Shown here: positions 40,415 to 51,089 of the stretch, one piece after another
Layout of the letters: each line of letters starts with the position of its first letter
Position numbering within the stretch: the stretch's first letter is position 1
NCBI GenBank assembly: GCA_965222155.1
Contig: CBDCTH010000012.1
Coordinates: forward strand, 416,001 to 480,000
Direction: 5' to 3'
Source of the DNA: Gammaproteobacteria bacterium
GTDB lineage: Bacteria > Pseudomonadota > Gammaproteobacteria > Eutrophobiales > Eutrophobiaceae
DNA: 64,000 nucleotides
Translations under genes and position numbers: made by a program
The notes under the pieces: model-generated
Told to the model about the DNA's origin: nothing
What the model saw: the letters and a program-made list of their open reading frames with translations, nothing else
Database searches by the model: none

Positions 40415-40506
40415 ATTAAATGTGGGAATAAAATATTATTACAATACTTTTTAATTCTAAATCAATAAGATATAAAGTTAGTACTATTGCGTCCCTGGCC
40501 ATACTT
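40415..40506 (+). repeat. att arm plus core 6 (core 40491-40506), last tRNA-Phe repeat seen
   Basis: AT-rich arm, AATCAATAAGATA, then TACTATTGC and the core. Confidence 0.85.
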
Positions 40507-40538
40507 TTACACGATCCCCGAACTGATGTCGTAGGTCT

Positions 40539-41228
40539 TTATCTGGATACCTGGAAGCTGGGGCCGTCGGCCAGCTTTAACATGTTGCCATCGAACGTCG
40601 CTTCGAAGGTCTCATCGGTAGCGTAGTCGGCCTTACCGTCACGGACTTCGAACCAGCGCATGGCCTCGAGCCGAATGTCGTGCTCTTTCCTTTTGTAACG
40701 GCCGGACCCCGCGAGCCAACCGCCCTCGGGCTCGGTCACGAGGACGAAATGCTGGTCGGTTAGAGCCAGCATCCCACGGTCCAAGTCGATGAGATCTGCT
40801 TTGTTGGTGGGGACTTTGACCAGCTTTTCGGTGGCCCCGTTGGCGAAGCTGAGGAAGAGATTCTCGCCCGATCGTTTGTAGCCGACGTCGTGGCTGGTAT
40901 TCGACCGTGCCGCCAGGAGAGACTCCCCGGCCGGCGTAACCACGATGCCGGTGTCAACGTCGAACCGCACGATGTCCTTCGACTTGAATTGGTACCTGCC
41001 GATGTGGGCGTCCGTGAGTTGCTCTTCCATGGGCTCGCTGCCGTGCATCGCCTGGTGAACGAACCGCCCTTCATTAAAAAGAAACAGTCCGACCAGTGGC
41101 TTGACCCCATGCGTCGGCCTATCGAACGACTCGTAGATCCAGAGCCCGGCGATTTCGTCGGCGGAAGCAAGGCGCGCTGCGGCGAAACATACGAAAAGCG
41201 TCAGAGCCAGTGCGAATTTCGTCTTCAC
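40539..41228 (-). CDS. Exported hypothetical protein
   Basis: Signal peptide; beta-rich sequence (IAGLWIY, lipocalin-like start). Confidence 0.6.
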   Translation of the reverse strand: MKTKFALALTLFVCFAAARLASADEIAGLWIYESFDRPTHGVKPLVGLFLFNEGRFVHQAMHGSEPMEEQLTDAHIGRYQFKSKDIVRFDVDTGIVVTPAGESLLAARSNTSHDVGYKRSGENLFLSFANGATEKLVKVPTNKADLIDLDRGMLALTDQHFVLVTEPEGGWLAGSGRYKRKEHDIRLEAMRWFEVRDGKADYATDETFEATFDGNMLKLADGPSFQVSR

Positions 41229-41466
41229 GCGGCGATTATATCACGCTAATATTCATTACTTCCCCCCTGAACGAGAATCAACTCCTGCTGCTGAAGGACG
41301 CGCTCGATTTTGATAGAAAAAAGGGGGTTTTAAGGAGAAATAACAGGCATAGATGGCACATAAACTGAACTGAAACAAATAGTTAGGCAGGTCCGACCCT
41401 ATCCTGACTATCCTGATAGAGTAGTCGAACCGGAAGTGCCGCATTACAAAACGAGGATAAAACGAT

Positions 41467-42153
41467 ATGGGTGGGTTAGTGATGGTCCGTAATTTTTTTA
41501 GCAGTGTCGTCCTGTCACTATTTTGCCCTGCTTTGTATGCAGAAGATTGGGTGCCGGTGTATGAGGAACCGCGGCACAAACTGGCGTTTGAGAATGATCA
41601 TGCCATGATCCTGAATGTTAATTTACCACCCGGTTATGTGAGTCTCTACCATGAACATAAGATTGACCTGCTTTACGTCACGATAGTGGGGACGAAAGTA
41701 TGGGCAGAACCCCTGGGTGGGGAAAGAAGAGAGGCAGACGTTAAAACCGGTGATTTGAGATTCAGTTCTGATAACCACGGCTTACCTCACGTCCATCGTG
41801 TGGGGAATATCGGTACAACCCCCTTCCATGTTATTGGCATCGGCATTAAGGACAGCATATCTAATGACACGACGGCACTGGAGGGCAATACCAGTGCTAT
41901 GACTTTGGTCATGGAAAAACCCCATGCCAGTGTCTACCGGGTCCGGTTGCAGCCGGGAGAGAAAACGGGGCTCCATACGCATCACCTTCCCTATACGAAG
42001 GTTTATCTGTCCGTTGGGAACGTATTGGATAGCAACGGAAATATGCAGCAGGTCGAGGCCGGTGATTTTCTCTGGCAGGCGGGTGGTGCGAGTCACGGCT
42101 ATGAAAACGCGGGTGATAACGAAATTACGATTATAGAAATGCTGTGGCGATGA
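41467..42153 (+). CDS. Exported tandem-cupin-like protein
   Basis: EEPRHKL.FEN, SLYHEH, LQPGEKTGLHTH and H..EN.G motifs. Confidence 0.7.
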   Translation: MGGLVMVRNFFSSVVLSLFCPALYAEDWVPVYEEPRHKLAFENDHAMILNVNLPPGYVSLYHEHKIDLLYVTIVGTKVWAEPLGGERREADVKTGDLRFSSDNHGLPHVHRVGNIGTTPFHVIGIGIKDSISNDTTALEGNTSAMTLVMEKPHASVYRVRLQPGEKTGLHTHHLPYTKVYLSVGNVLDSNGNMQQVEAGDFLWQAGGASHGYENAGDNEITIIEMLWR

Positions 42154-42337
42154 CAGGCACAAACAGAGGTGGAGCAAAAAGCTGTTGGTTGTGGTGCTGT
42201 TTGATGAATTCGAGTTGCTGGATGTATTCGGCCCACTCGAAATGTACGGCATGGTGCCCGAGAGTATTGAGATCTGTATGGTCGCAGAAAATCCCGGCGA
42301 ACTGGGACCCTTTCGCTAAAGTTTATGGTCTGATCTA

Positions 42338-42448
42338 AGGGATGAATACTTGAACAGTCATGAGTTTGGATCGCTCGAGGTTGCACGTCGGAAGATCGAA
42401 GCTTGGCGGATCGACTATAATGACCATCGGCCGCACAGTTTTCTGGGC
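42338..42448 (+). pseudogene. IS3-family transposase C-terminal fragment
   Basis: RDEYLNSHEFGSLEVARRKIEAWRIDYNDHRPHS. Confidence 0.75.
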
Positions 42449-42564
42449 ATCGATATCGATGTGGCATGAACCGTGAACTGCATTGGTCGGATGGTGACGC
42501 ATCATAGTCAGATAGCGCTAACAGATAGTTGCAAATTTATAGAATCCCGTTACCTTATACACCG

Positions 42565-43212
42565 ATGAATATCCAGCCTGATCCAGCTAAAGTATCCGCC
42601 CTGTCACCGGGAACGGCAGTTTATTCCAAGGGCAGACAAAAACTGCATGAAATACTCAAGGTAGCCACAGAGGTACTTGCTTTCAAAGGCTACAGCGCGT
42701 TTACCATGCGTAATATCGCATCGAGGCTGGGCATTACCCACAGAAACCTCCAATACTATTTTAAAACAAAGAGCAGCCTGTTCCAGGCAGTGGTCGAATA
42801 CATGATCGAACTGGAACTGCAGACTGCTCGTGAAGCCGTTGACAGGGAAGATTTGACCCCGGAAGATAAGTTCAGCGCCTTCATCAAGTACAGCATACGG
42901 GATAATGAAATCCCACTTATCCGCGGTTTTCAGTTTGAGCTCTGGGCATTGGCCACCCGCGATAAGTTCGCGGCCGAATGCCGGGACAGGACGACGAATG
43001 CGTACTGTGATTTTATCGTGTCATTGATCGAACCTCTAACGCCACGGTTAAGCGAAGCAGAACGAAATTCAAAGGCCGCCATTATTCTTTCCCTGTTACA
43101 GGGATCTCCCCTGATTACCAATCTTGGTGGAAACGGCAGTGTTGACATTGAGAATATCGAGCAAAGTTTCCTGGATGAAGCCTTTGCCATCCTCACCTTT
43201 TCCAGCTCCTGA
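42565..43212 (+). CDS. TetR/AcrR family regulator
   Basis: GYSAFTMRNIA..G....LQYYFKTK HTH. Confidence 0.9.
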   Translation: MNIQPDPAKVSALSPGTAVYSKGRQKLHEILKVATEVLAFKGYSAFTMRNIASRLGITHRNLQYYFKTKSSLFQAVVEYMIELELQTAREAVDREDLTPEDKFSAFIKYSIRDNEIPLIRGFQFELWALATRDKFAAECRDRTTNAYCDFIVSLIEPLTPRLSEAERNSKAAIILSLLQGSPLITNLGGNGSVDIENIEQSFLDEAFAILTFSSS

Positions 43213-43296
43213 TTGTCGCAGCGGTAGCCCTGGCCGTCTCAACTCTGAATACCCGGGACTCGCAGGGAAATTTTTTCTTGACCTTTTTCTACACTC

Positions 43297-43320
43297 GGCT
43301 AAAATTAGCCTAACGGCTAA
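43297..43320 (+). promoter_or_regulatory. Palindromic operator overlapping a -10 box (second copy at 49583-49606)
   Basis: GGCTAAAATTAGCCTA is identical at both sites, each downstream of TCTTGA. Confidence 0.7.
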
Positions 43321-43347
43321 TAATGTGATGTAGTTCGCTTATTACAC

Positions 43348-43695
43348 ATGAAAGACAAATATGAACTCTATGATCTCAAAGTGGAAGTCATAGCCGATGA
43401 TGACGGCAAGCCCATGGTGTGCCAACACAAGGAGGGTGACTATTTTACCGTCACTGATGATGATCTCATCGAATTCCCTCCTGGTGTGCGTTTTCCCATG
43501 TATTCACTGGCAGCGATTCTACCCCTGCTACCGGCCAAACAACGGGAAACGCAAAAATTCGACTGGATGAGTACCGATGCCGTCATCGCCTGTCCGGACC
43601 CCAACTGTGGTGGACGTTTTCTTATCACTCGCGGGGAGAAGCGTGTATACCGCCACAGCGAGAATACCCTGACTCCCACACCTGAGGGCGATTAA
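43348..43695 (+). CDS. TIGR04076 family protein
   Basis: ELYDLKVEV, C.H..GDYF, YSLAAILPLLPAKQR and DWMSTD..IACPDPNC motifs. Confidence 0.8.
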   Translation: MKDKYELYDLKVEVIADDDGKPMVCQHKEGDYFTVTDDDLIEFPPGVRFPMYSLAAILPLLPAKQRETQKFDWMSTDAVIACPDPNCGGRFLITRGEKRVYRHSENTLTPTPEGD

Positions 43696-43783
43696 CTAAT
43701 ATGAAACTTTTTTTTACAGTGCGTGGGACGGTGTCCGGTAAATTGTGAACATTGACCATTCGTGATATAGGAGGGGAAAAGAA

Positions 43784-46049
43784 ATGCCAGTCATAAACAA
43801 AACCATTTTCAGTTGTGTTGCCGCTTTACTTGTTTCTGTCTTGAGCGTACCGCTTGTCACCGTGCAGGCCCAGAACAACAATAATGAACTGGTCCTGGAG
43901 GAAATCGTGGTCACGGCACGCAAACGCGAGGAAAATCTGCAGGATGCGCCCATCTCCATCACAACATTCAGCGCTGAAGATATCGAGGCGCGTCACATAT
44001 TGAATATAGGAGATGTCGGTCAATTTACTCCGAACCTGCAGTTCAACCAGGTCGCACCTAACTCCGGCTTTGCCAATTCTTCAGACATCTCCATACGCGG
44101 TATCGGATAAAGTGATTTTGTACTTGTCATCGATCCGGGTGTAGGGATATTTCTTGATGGCCTATACATCAGTCGATCGGTGGGCGCCCTTCTCGATACC
44201 GTGGACGTGGGTAGCATCGAAGTCCTGAAAGGCCCTCAGGGGACAATTTTCGGCAAGAACACTATCGGTGGAGCGTTGGTCATCAACTCCGCCAAACCCA
44301 GCCAGACGCCCGGCGCTTCCATGAGTGTTACCACCGGCAGATATGATCGACTTGATTTTCGCGGCAGCTTCAATGTTCCGCTATCCGAAAACCTGGCCGT
44401 TCGCGGCAATATCTCGCGCCAGAGGCGTGACGGGCACCTGACTCATCTTACCACTGGAGAGAAACAAGGTAACAAGGATTCCGTTGCAGGACGGTTTTCG
44501 GCACTCTGGACACCAACGGAAGACTTTGAACTGCTTGTAGCCGTTGACGGCAGTACGGCCAATGAACAGGGCCCTAATGTACTGAATATTACTATGAGTG
44601 ATAGCCCGGCGACGGATGGCGTATTTGGGAGATTGCATAATTCGCTGTTCAGTGGTAATCCGCTGGTCTGTGACAATGCCAATGCCGACCCGGCGCGCTT
44701 TATGACGCCGGAATGTTACAACAGCCAGTACGCCGCGCCGGACAAGGAGAGTAATTATGCAACAGGCCCGAATGTATCCGACGTGGATATCTGGGGTGTC
44801 ATGGGTAATGCCTCATACAGGATAAACGACAACGTTTCAATAAAATCCATTACGGCTTACAGAGAGATATCCGGGTTCTCAGGACGCGATCTCGACAGCA
44901 CGCCAGTCTTCATCTGGAACAACGATATCACTTATGATCAGCAGCAGTTCAGTCAGGAGATCCAGTTAACCGGTACGGGCTTCGATGATCGTCTGAATTG
45001 GTTGCTCGGCGCATTTTATATGAGAGAAGAAGGTGACAGCGCCGATACGGTTTCCATTAATATTGGAACCCTTTTCTCCGGAGGAGCCATCGATAACGAC
45101 ACCTGGGCGGTCTTTACCTAGTTGAATTATGACGTCACCGAACGCATTACCCTGAATTTTGGCGCCCGTTACACGGACGAGACAAAACGCTGGACACCTG
45201 ATCAGAGTTTTGGCGGAGCGCCGCTGCTGCCCAATGTGGAAGCTACTACCGGCGGAAGTGAATTCACACCCGCGGTGACCCTTCAGTACGCCTTCACTGA
45301 TGATATTAACGGTTATTTTACCTATTCAAAGGGTTTCAAGGGGGGAGGCTATACTCAACGTATAGGTCCGCCCGGCATACGACCTGCGCCGGGACAGGAT
45401 CCAAGAGAAGTCATTCCCACATTCAAACCGGAATTCGCGGAAAACTTTGAAGTCGGATTTAAAAGTGAACTATTCAACCGCCGAGTGCGTCTCAATGGCG
45501 CCGTTTTTTATACCGATTACACGGATCTTCAGATTAATGTGCGCATCGGTTTTGTCCCGACGGTACGCAACGCCGGGGATGTTGAACTCTACGGTGGTGA
45601 GCTCGAATTTGAAGCGCTGGCGACAGACTGGCTAAGGCTGAATGGTGGTCTCGGTTATGTCAGCCACGAATTCGAAAGAGTTGGCGCTGACGCCGTGGGA
45701 ATAACGATTGATAGTAAACTACCCAATGCTCCCGAACTTTCCGGTACAGTCGGATTTACCGTTTATGGACACTCTTGCCCTCAAGATTCGGGGTGATCTT
45801 TCCTACAAGAGCAGTATGTACAAGGATTCCGCCAACACCCGCATATTGAAGGAGAACGGCACTACGCTCATCAACCTGTCGGCGAAGTTGTCCCACATCA
45901 ATTCGGGCTGGCACATGATCGCCGGCGGCACCAACATTACTAATCGGAAGTACATAACTTCCGGTCTGCTATCGGGCGGTGGCGGTTACACCTCGGCCAC
46001 TTTCTCCCGCGGCGCCGAATGGTACCTGAGCCTCGGTTACGAGTTCTAA
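43784..46049 (+). pseudogene. TonB-dependent receptor pseudogene
   Basis: LEEIVVTARKREE, IEVLKGPQGT.FGKN and terminal YEF; in-frame stops at 44108 and 45119 and a frameshift near 45765. Confidence 0.9.
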
Positions 46050-46208
46050 AATGACAACGAACTGCCGCCCGAAGGAACAGGGCGGCAGTAGTTTGCAGGG
46101 AAAAGGACCCTGAGGTTTATCTTTTGTCGGATGTATTTCGTTTCCATAGTTATTATCATTCAAATATGGTGATTGCCAGGCCACGAGACAATTGCCAAAT
46201 CCGTAATC

Positions 46209-47570
46209 ATGAGCGCAACTGCAGCAAGTCTGGCTAATCACCAGCGCCCTCCCTTAAGGTACGCGTGGTATGTGGTTTTCATATTAATTCTGGCTTATAT
46301 CACCGCCTTTCTGGACCGGTTGATCCTAAGCCTGCTGGTGGACCCCATCCGTGAAGACCTGAATATCAGTGATTTTCAGATCGGTCTGCTGCAGGGCTTT
46401 GCCTTTGCCCTGTTCTATTCACTTTGCATCCTGCCTGCAGGCTGGCTCATTGACCGATACAACCGGCGCAACCTGCTGCTAGCCGGTATATTCATCTGGT
46501 CCATGATGACCATAGCGTGTGGCCTGTCGAAGAATTTCGAACAGCTCTTCCTCGCCCGTATGGGTGTGGGGATCGGTGAAGCGGTACTCAATCCCGTTGC
46601 CTATTCACTCATCTGCGATTACTTCCCGAAGAAGAAGTGGCCGGCGGCTATCGGTGTGTACTCTGTGGGAGGCGCCATAGGCGCTGGTCTTGCTTATATG
46701 TTCGGCGCGGCGGCTGCCACGGTCACCCTGACCATGGGAGCGGGTCAGGAGTTTCCTATTGTGGGCTATGTCGCTGCCTGGCAAGCGCCTTTTATTATTG
46801 TCGGCGCGCCGGGCCTCATTGTTGTCCTGCTGTGCATGACTATTGCCGAACCGATTCGCGGTATACAGGAAGCGATCAGGACGACAGGTGAGAAACTGTT
46901 GCCGTTTTTCCGTGAGCGCTGGCGGTTATGTATATGCTATTGTCTTGGCATCGGACTTCTCAATGCCTTCAGCTATGCCAACTTTTCCTGGATTCCTACT
47001 TATTTTGATCGCATTCATGGATGGCCGACTAACGAAACGGCCATCTACCTGGGTATCCTCATGCTCACTTTCGGTACCGCGGGCATCCTGTCCGGTGGTT
47101 ACGGCGCCATCTACCTGCAAAAGTACTTCAGGGACTCCACTCTACGCCTGGCAATGTTCACTGCCATTCTGCTGGGGCCTCTTAGCGTTACTGCCGCACT
47201 CATTTCAAACCCCTGGATATCGCTGGCCCTTTACGCCCCGGTCTTTTACTTCATGACAGCCTTTGTCTCCCTCGGGCCTACAAGCATTCAGTTGGTTACC
47301 CCCACAGAGTTCAGAGGCAGAGTGACGGCCTTTGCGCTGCTGGGCACAAACATACTTGCGATCTCCATTGGGCCGGTTTCCGTAGCTACAGTAACCGATT
47401 ATCTTTTTCATGATGACATGATGGTGCATAAATCCCTGGCCATTGCCGCTGGAGGTCTGGCCCTGTTCTCGGCCCTGTTCCTATACCTGGGGCTGAAACC
47501 CTACCGCAGGGCACTGGACCTGGCAGCGCAGAAGGAAGAACCGCCATCACCGGAACTCAGCCGTGCCTGA
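46209..47570 (+). CDS. MFS transporter (spinster-like)
   Basis: FLDR.ILSLL, D.QIGLLQG and ARMGVGIGEA motifs. Confidence 0.9.
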   Translation: MSATAASLANHQRPPLRYAWYVVFILILAYITAFLDRLILSLLVDPIREDLNISDFQIGLLQGFAFALFYSLCILPAGWLIDRYNRRNLLLAGIFIWSMMTIACGLSKNFEQLFLARMGVGIGEAVLNPVAYSLICDYFPKKKWPAAIGVYSVGGAIGAGLAYMFGAAAATVTLTMGAGQEFPIVGYVAAWQAPFIIVGAPGLIVVLLCMTIAEPIRGIQEAIRTTGEKLLPFFRERWRLCICYCLGIGLLNAFSYANFSWIPTYFDRIHGWPTNETAIYLGILMLTFGTAGILSGGYGAIYLQKYFRDSTLRLAMFTAILLGPLSVTAALISNPWISLALYAPVFYFMTAFVSLGPTSIQLVTPTEFRGRVTAFALLGTNILAISIGPVSVATVTDYLFHDDMMVHKSLAIAAGGLALFSALFLYLGLKPYRRALDLAAQKEEPPSPELSRA

Positions 47571-49548
47571 TAGCTCAAGAATAAAGATAACGATCAATGA
47601 ACGAGCAGTTATCGCCGATGGGATGGAATTCGGGGCCAGCGGCGCCTATGAAAGATGTCAAGGGAAGGCCAATTTCACTATTCACCCTGAATATCACGGC
47701 TTTTCTCAAATCGTCGACCTGGCTCACGCGGAGTATAACAACGAAGGCTGCGTGGAGTTTTCCACGGACCTCTGCATATTAAAACCCCTCGACCTGGTCC
47801 GAGGGAACCGACGTTTGCTCTATGATGTAGTTAACCGGGGTAATAAGCGTGTGCTGGTGGATTTCAATGAGGCAATGGAAGGTGAGAACAATTGTCTTGC
47901 CAATGATCTTTCAGGACGAGCAGCGCTGGGCAACGGTTTCCTGTTACGCCAGGGCTACACTATTGTCTGGTCGGCCTGGCAGGGTGACATCCAGGCTGGC
48001 AATCATCGCATGAGCATGGACTTGCCCCATGCCAGGGGAATCAAAGGACAGTTGAGGACGGAACTCATTACCGAGGAATCCAATGTACATTTTCTGCCCC
48101 TGAGTGGTAACCCCTGGACGCGGAGTTATGAAAGCGTATCCCTGGATACGACGCTGGCCACCCTGACCTGGCGCGAACATGAAAATGATCAACGCACGCC
48201 CTTGTCACCCGATGCCTGGCAATTTGGCTATCCGGACGACCAGGGGAACATAGTCCCTTCGGCAGGTCACTGTTACATAAAACAAGGATTTAAACCGGGG
48301 TGGCTTTATGAACTTATCTATACGGCTTGTGAACCGCCGGTTATGGGTCTGGGATTTATCGGTGTGCAACAGCTGGTTTCCTTTCTCATGTCCGGGGAAG
48401 ATGATGATTCCGGTAATCAAAACCCCCTGTATGACAGCAGGGCAAGACTGGAGAAAGCCTATGCCTACGGCATCTCTCAAAGCGCCCGCTTCCTGCGGGA
48501 GTTTGTCTACAGGGGTTATAACGCAAGTCCGAACGGCCGGAGAGTCTTTGACGGCATACTGGCCCATGTGGCCGGGGCGGGACGTGTGGTGCTTAACTAC
48601 CGCTTTGCCCAGCCCGGCCGCTTCCCCAGACAACATGCGGATCATCTTTATCCCTCAGACCAGTTTCCCTTCGCCTACCAGGTTATCAATGATCCGCTGT
48701 CGGGCAGGACCGATGGCATATTGAAGCGGCCCGACACGGACCCCCAGGTGATACACAGCCAGACATCGGCGGAATACTGGGAGAGAAGAGGTTCTCTGGT
48801 GCATACGGATCCCCTCGGTAATGACCTGCCGTCTCATGAGACGGCCAGGGTTTATCTGTTTTCTTCCGCACCCCATGTACCCTGTCCTGAAGCCAGCCTG
48901 GTTGCCGATGCCCAGGCCTATTCAAAGAACCGGCTCAATACCACACCCCTGCTACGGGCTCTGCTTGTGGCCCTGGATGAGTGGGTGACAGAAGGAATCG
49001 AACCACCGCCGGATAACGTTCCTCGAGCGGATGATGGTACAGCCGTGACAGCGGAACAGGCCAGGGAATTGTTTCCCTGTATAAACGATGTACGGTTTCC
49101 AGGCAGCCACAACCGGCTTTTCATCCAGGATTTCGGTCCGGGTTACGAACACGGCCTGATGGACCGGGAGCCGCCGGAGGAAGATAGACAGCGGGAATAT
49201 ACTGTACTCGTTCCAAAGACTGATGCTGACGGCCTGGAAATCGCCGGTCTGCGCATTCCTGACGTGGAAGTTCCCCTGGCCACTTGTACGGGCTGGAACA
49301 TGCGGCCACCGGGGCGTGCGGGCAATGATCAGTCCGGTGTGTTGGGAGGCCGGTTTTCCTTCGCCGCAACGGAAGAGGAACGAATAAATAACGGCGACCC
49401 ACGGCCTTCCATTGAATCCCGATACAGGAACCATGAAGAATATTTTCAGCGCGTCAGGGAAGCTGTACAGAATCTGGTCAACCGACGGTTGTTACTGGAT
49501 GATGACGCCGAGGGGTATATCACGGCGGCAGAAGAAACCGGGAAGTGA
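47563..49548 (+). CDS. Alpha/beta hydrolase domain protein
   Basis: LYDVVNRG, nucleophile GISQSARFLR, EYW.R.GSL, TGWN and DPRPSIE.RY motifs. Confidence 0.75.
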   Translation: MPDSSRIKITINERAVIADGMEFGASGAYERCQGKANFTIHPEYHGFSQIVDLAHAEYNNEGCVEFSTDLCILKPLDLVRGNRRLLYDVVNRGNKRVLVDFNEAMEGENNCLANDLSGRAALGNGFLLRQGYTIVWSAWQGDIQAGNHRMSMDLPHARGIKGQLRTELITEESNVHFLPLSGNPWTRSYESVSLDTTLATLTWREHENDQRTPLSPDAWQFGYPDDQGNIVPSAGHCYIKQGFKPGWLYELIYTACEPPVMGLGFIGVQQLVSFLMSGEDDDSGNQNPLYDSRARLEKAYAYGISQSARFLREFVYRGYNASPNGRRVFDGILAHVAGAGRVVLNYRFAQPGRFPRQHADHLYPSDQFPFAYQVINDPLSGRTDGILKRPDTDPQVIHSQTSAEYWERRGSLVHTDPLGNDLPSHETARVYLFSSAPHVPCPEASLVADAQAYSKNRLNTTPLLRALLVALDEWVTEGIEPPPDNVPRADDGTAVTAEQARELFPCINDVRFPGSHNRLFIQDFGPGYEHGLMDREPPEEDRQREYTVLVPKTDADGLEIAGLRIPDVEVPLATCTGWNMRPPGRAGNDQSGVLGGRFSFAATEEERINNGDPRPSIESRYRNHEEYFQRVREAVQNLVNRRLLLDDDAEGYITAAEETGK

Positions 49549-49582
49549 CACCGGAGTTTTATCTTGAAATATCGTTACAGTT

Positions 49583-49606
49583 GGCTAAAATTAGCCTACT
49601 GGCGAA
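49583..49606 (+). promoter_or_regulatory. Second copy of the putative TetR operator
   Basis: GGCTAAAATTAGCCTACTGGCGAA. Confidence 0.7.
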
Positions 49607-49671
49607 TAAATTTTTTGGATATCCCTTGGTACCTGGCCTGAGGACGATTAACAAAAGAGAAAACGGTAACC

Positions 49672-50814
49672 ATGGAAACAATTGAACTAAGACCCGGTTT
49701 TGCCATTCCCCGCCTGTTGAAAGGCAACTGGCAGATAGCGGAAGACCACAGCGACAGGGAGTTCGACGAAAACGGTCTGGTGGAGGATCTCATCACCTTT
49801 GCCGAAGTCGGCATGACCACTTATGTCTGTGGTGATATTTATGTGGGTGTGGAGGCAAAGCTCGGTAAATTCCGCCGAATCTATAAAGACCGTTTCGGTG
49901 AAGAGGCAGCCGGCAGGATCAAGGTCTTCACAACCTATGTGCCGTACTTCCTCGAGGAAGAAAACCTCAGGAATCACAGTTTCTCGGACGTGGAGAAGAT
50001 CATCAACCGTTCCCTGGAGCGGCTTGGTCAGGAATGCATCGACCTCATACAGATGCACTGGTGGGAATTCGCCATCCCGGGCCACGTGGACATGGCGCTG
50101 CACCTGCAGAAATTGCAGCAGGCAGGCAAGATAGACAAGCTGGCGGTGACCAATTACGACGTTGAGCACACAAAGGAGATCCTGGATGCTGGAGTCGATC
50201 TGGTTTCCAACACCGTACAGTATTCCCTCACGGACCGCCGGCCGGAGAACGGGATGGTGGACCTCTGTGCCAGACATGACATGAAACTCCTGTGTTACGG
50301 CGCCCTGGGTGGTGGACTCTTCAGTGAAAAATGGCTGGGCATTGCCGACCCGGGCACGCCGGCTTTCGAGAACGTATCCCTGGACAAGTACTACCGCATC
50401 GTCTGTGATTTTGGCGGCTGGGCACTATTCCAGGAACTGTTGCAAGTCCTCAAGGACATCGGCGCTAAACACGGTGTGAACATCGGCAACGTGGCCGTCC
50501 GTTATGTGCTGGAGCGTGACCAGGCAGGCGCCGTGATCGTTGGAGCCCGTCACACTCGTCAACTGCAGGAAAACCTGCGGGTGTTCGATTTTTCGCTGAA
50601 TGAGGAAGACTACGGAAAAATTAATGCCATACTGGTTGAAAGCACGGGTCCCAACGGAGATATCTACAGTGTAGACAGGGAGGAAAACAGGGATGCCCTG
50701 GAGGAACCGAAGACGGAGTACTTCGATGTGGAGAACGGCAGGCTGGTGCGGAAAATCCGGGAACCAGTGTCCGTGCCAGAACCCTATGGGCACCATTTAG
50801 CGGCTGAACACTGA
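49672..50814 (+). CDS. Aldo/keto reductase
   Basis: KGNWQ, DIY.GVE, SL.RLG...DLIQMHWW, QYSL.DRRP and LLCYG motifs. Confidence 0.88.
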   Translation: METIELRPGFAIPRLLKGNWQIAEDHSDREFDENGLVEDLITFAEVGMTTYVCGDIYVGVEAKLGKFRRIYKDRFGEEAAGRIKVFTTYVPYFLEEENLRNHSFSDVEKIINRSLERLGQECIDLIQMHWWEFAIPGHVDMALHLQKLQQAGKIDKLAVTNYDVEHTKEILDAGVDLVSNTVQYSLTDRRPENGMVDLCARHDMKLLCYGALGGGLFSEKWLGIADPGTPAFENVSLDKYYRIVCDFGGWALFQELLQVLKDIGAKHGVNIGNVAVRYVLERDQAGAVIVGARHTRQLQENLRVFDFSLNEEDYGKINAILVESTGPNGDIYSVDREENRDALEEPKTEYFDVENGRLVRKIREPVSVPEPYGHHLAAEH

Positions 50815-51089
50815 CAGGAAATCCCGAACCTGGTTTTATGTTAAGAAGAAGACAATTATTGAAATGCAGTGCTTCGGTCATAGTAATTCAGGACACCCAC
50901 AAATCATGATGGGTAGTGTCAATATTTTCGTTATAAATGGATAACCTGCGGCGATTTGTGATAAAATCCACAAGCTCCAGGAAAAAATGTGTGGACAGGT
51001 TCAACGCATAGAATTATATTAAAGATAACTCAGAACCGGTAGATAACGGGCACGCGCTGACTACACAAGGAGACTAAGGAAAATACATC

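Noticed and set aside
19695-40506. Repeated 16-mer as a CRISPR array or classical integron attC array
   Set aside because: Spacing is kilobases and irregular, the repeat is the tRNA 3' end and is not palindromic, and no cas or intI gene or attC R/L box structure was seen.
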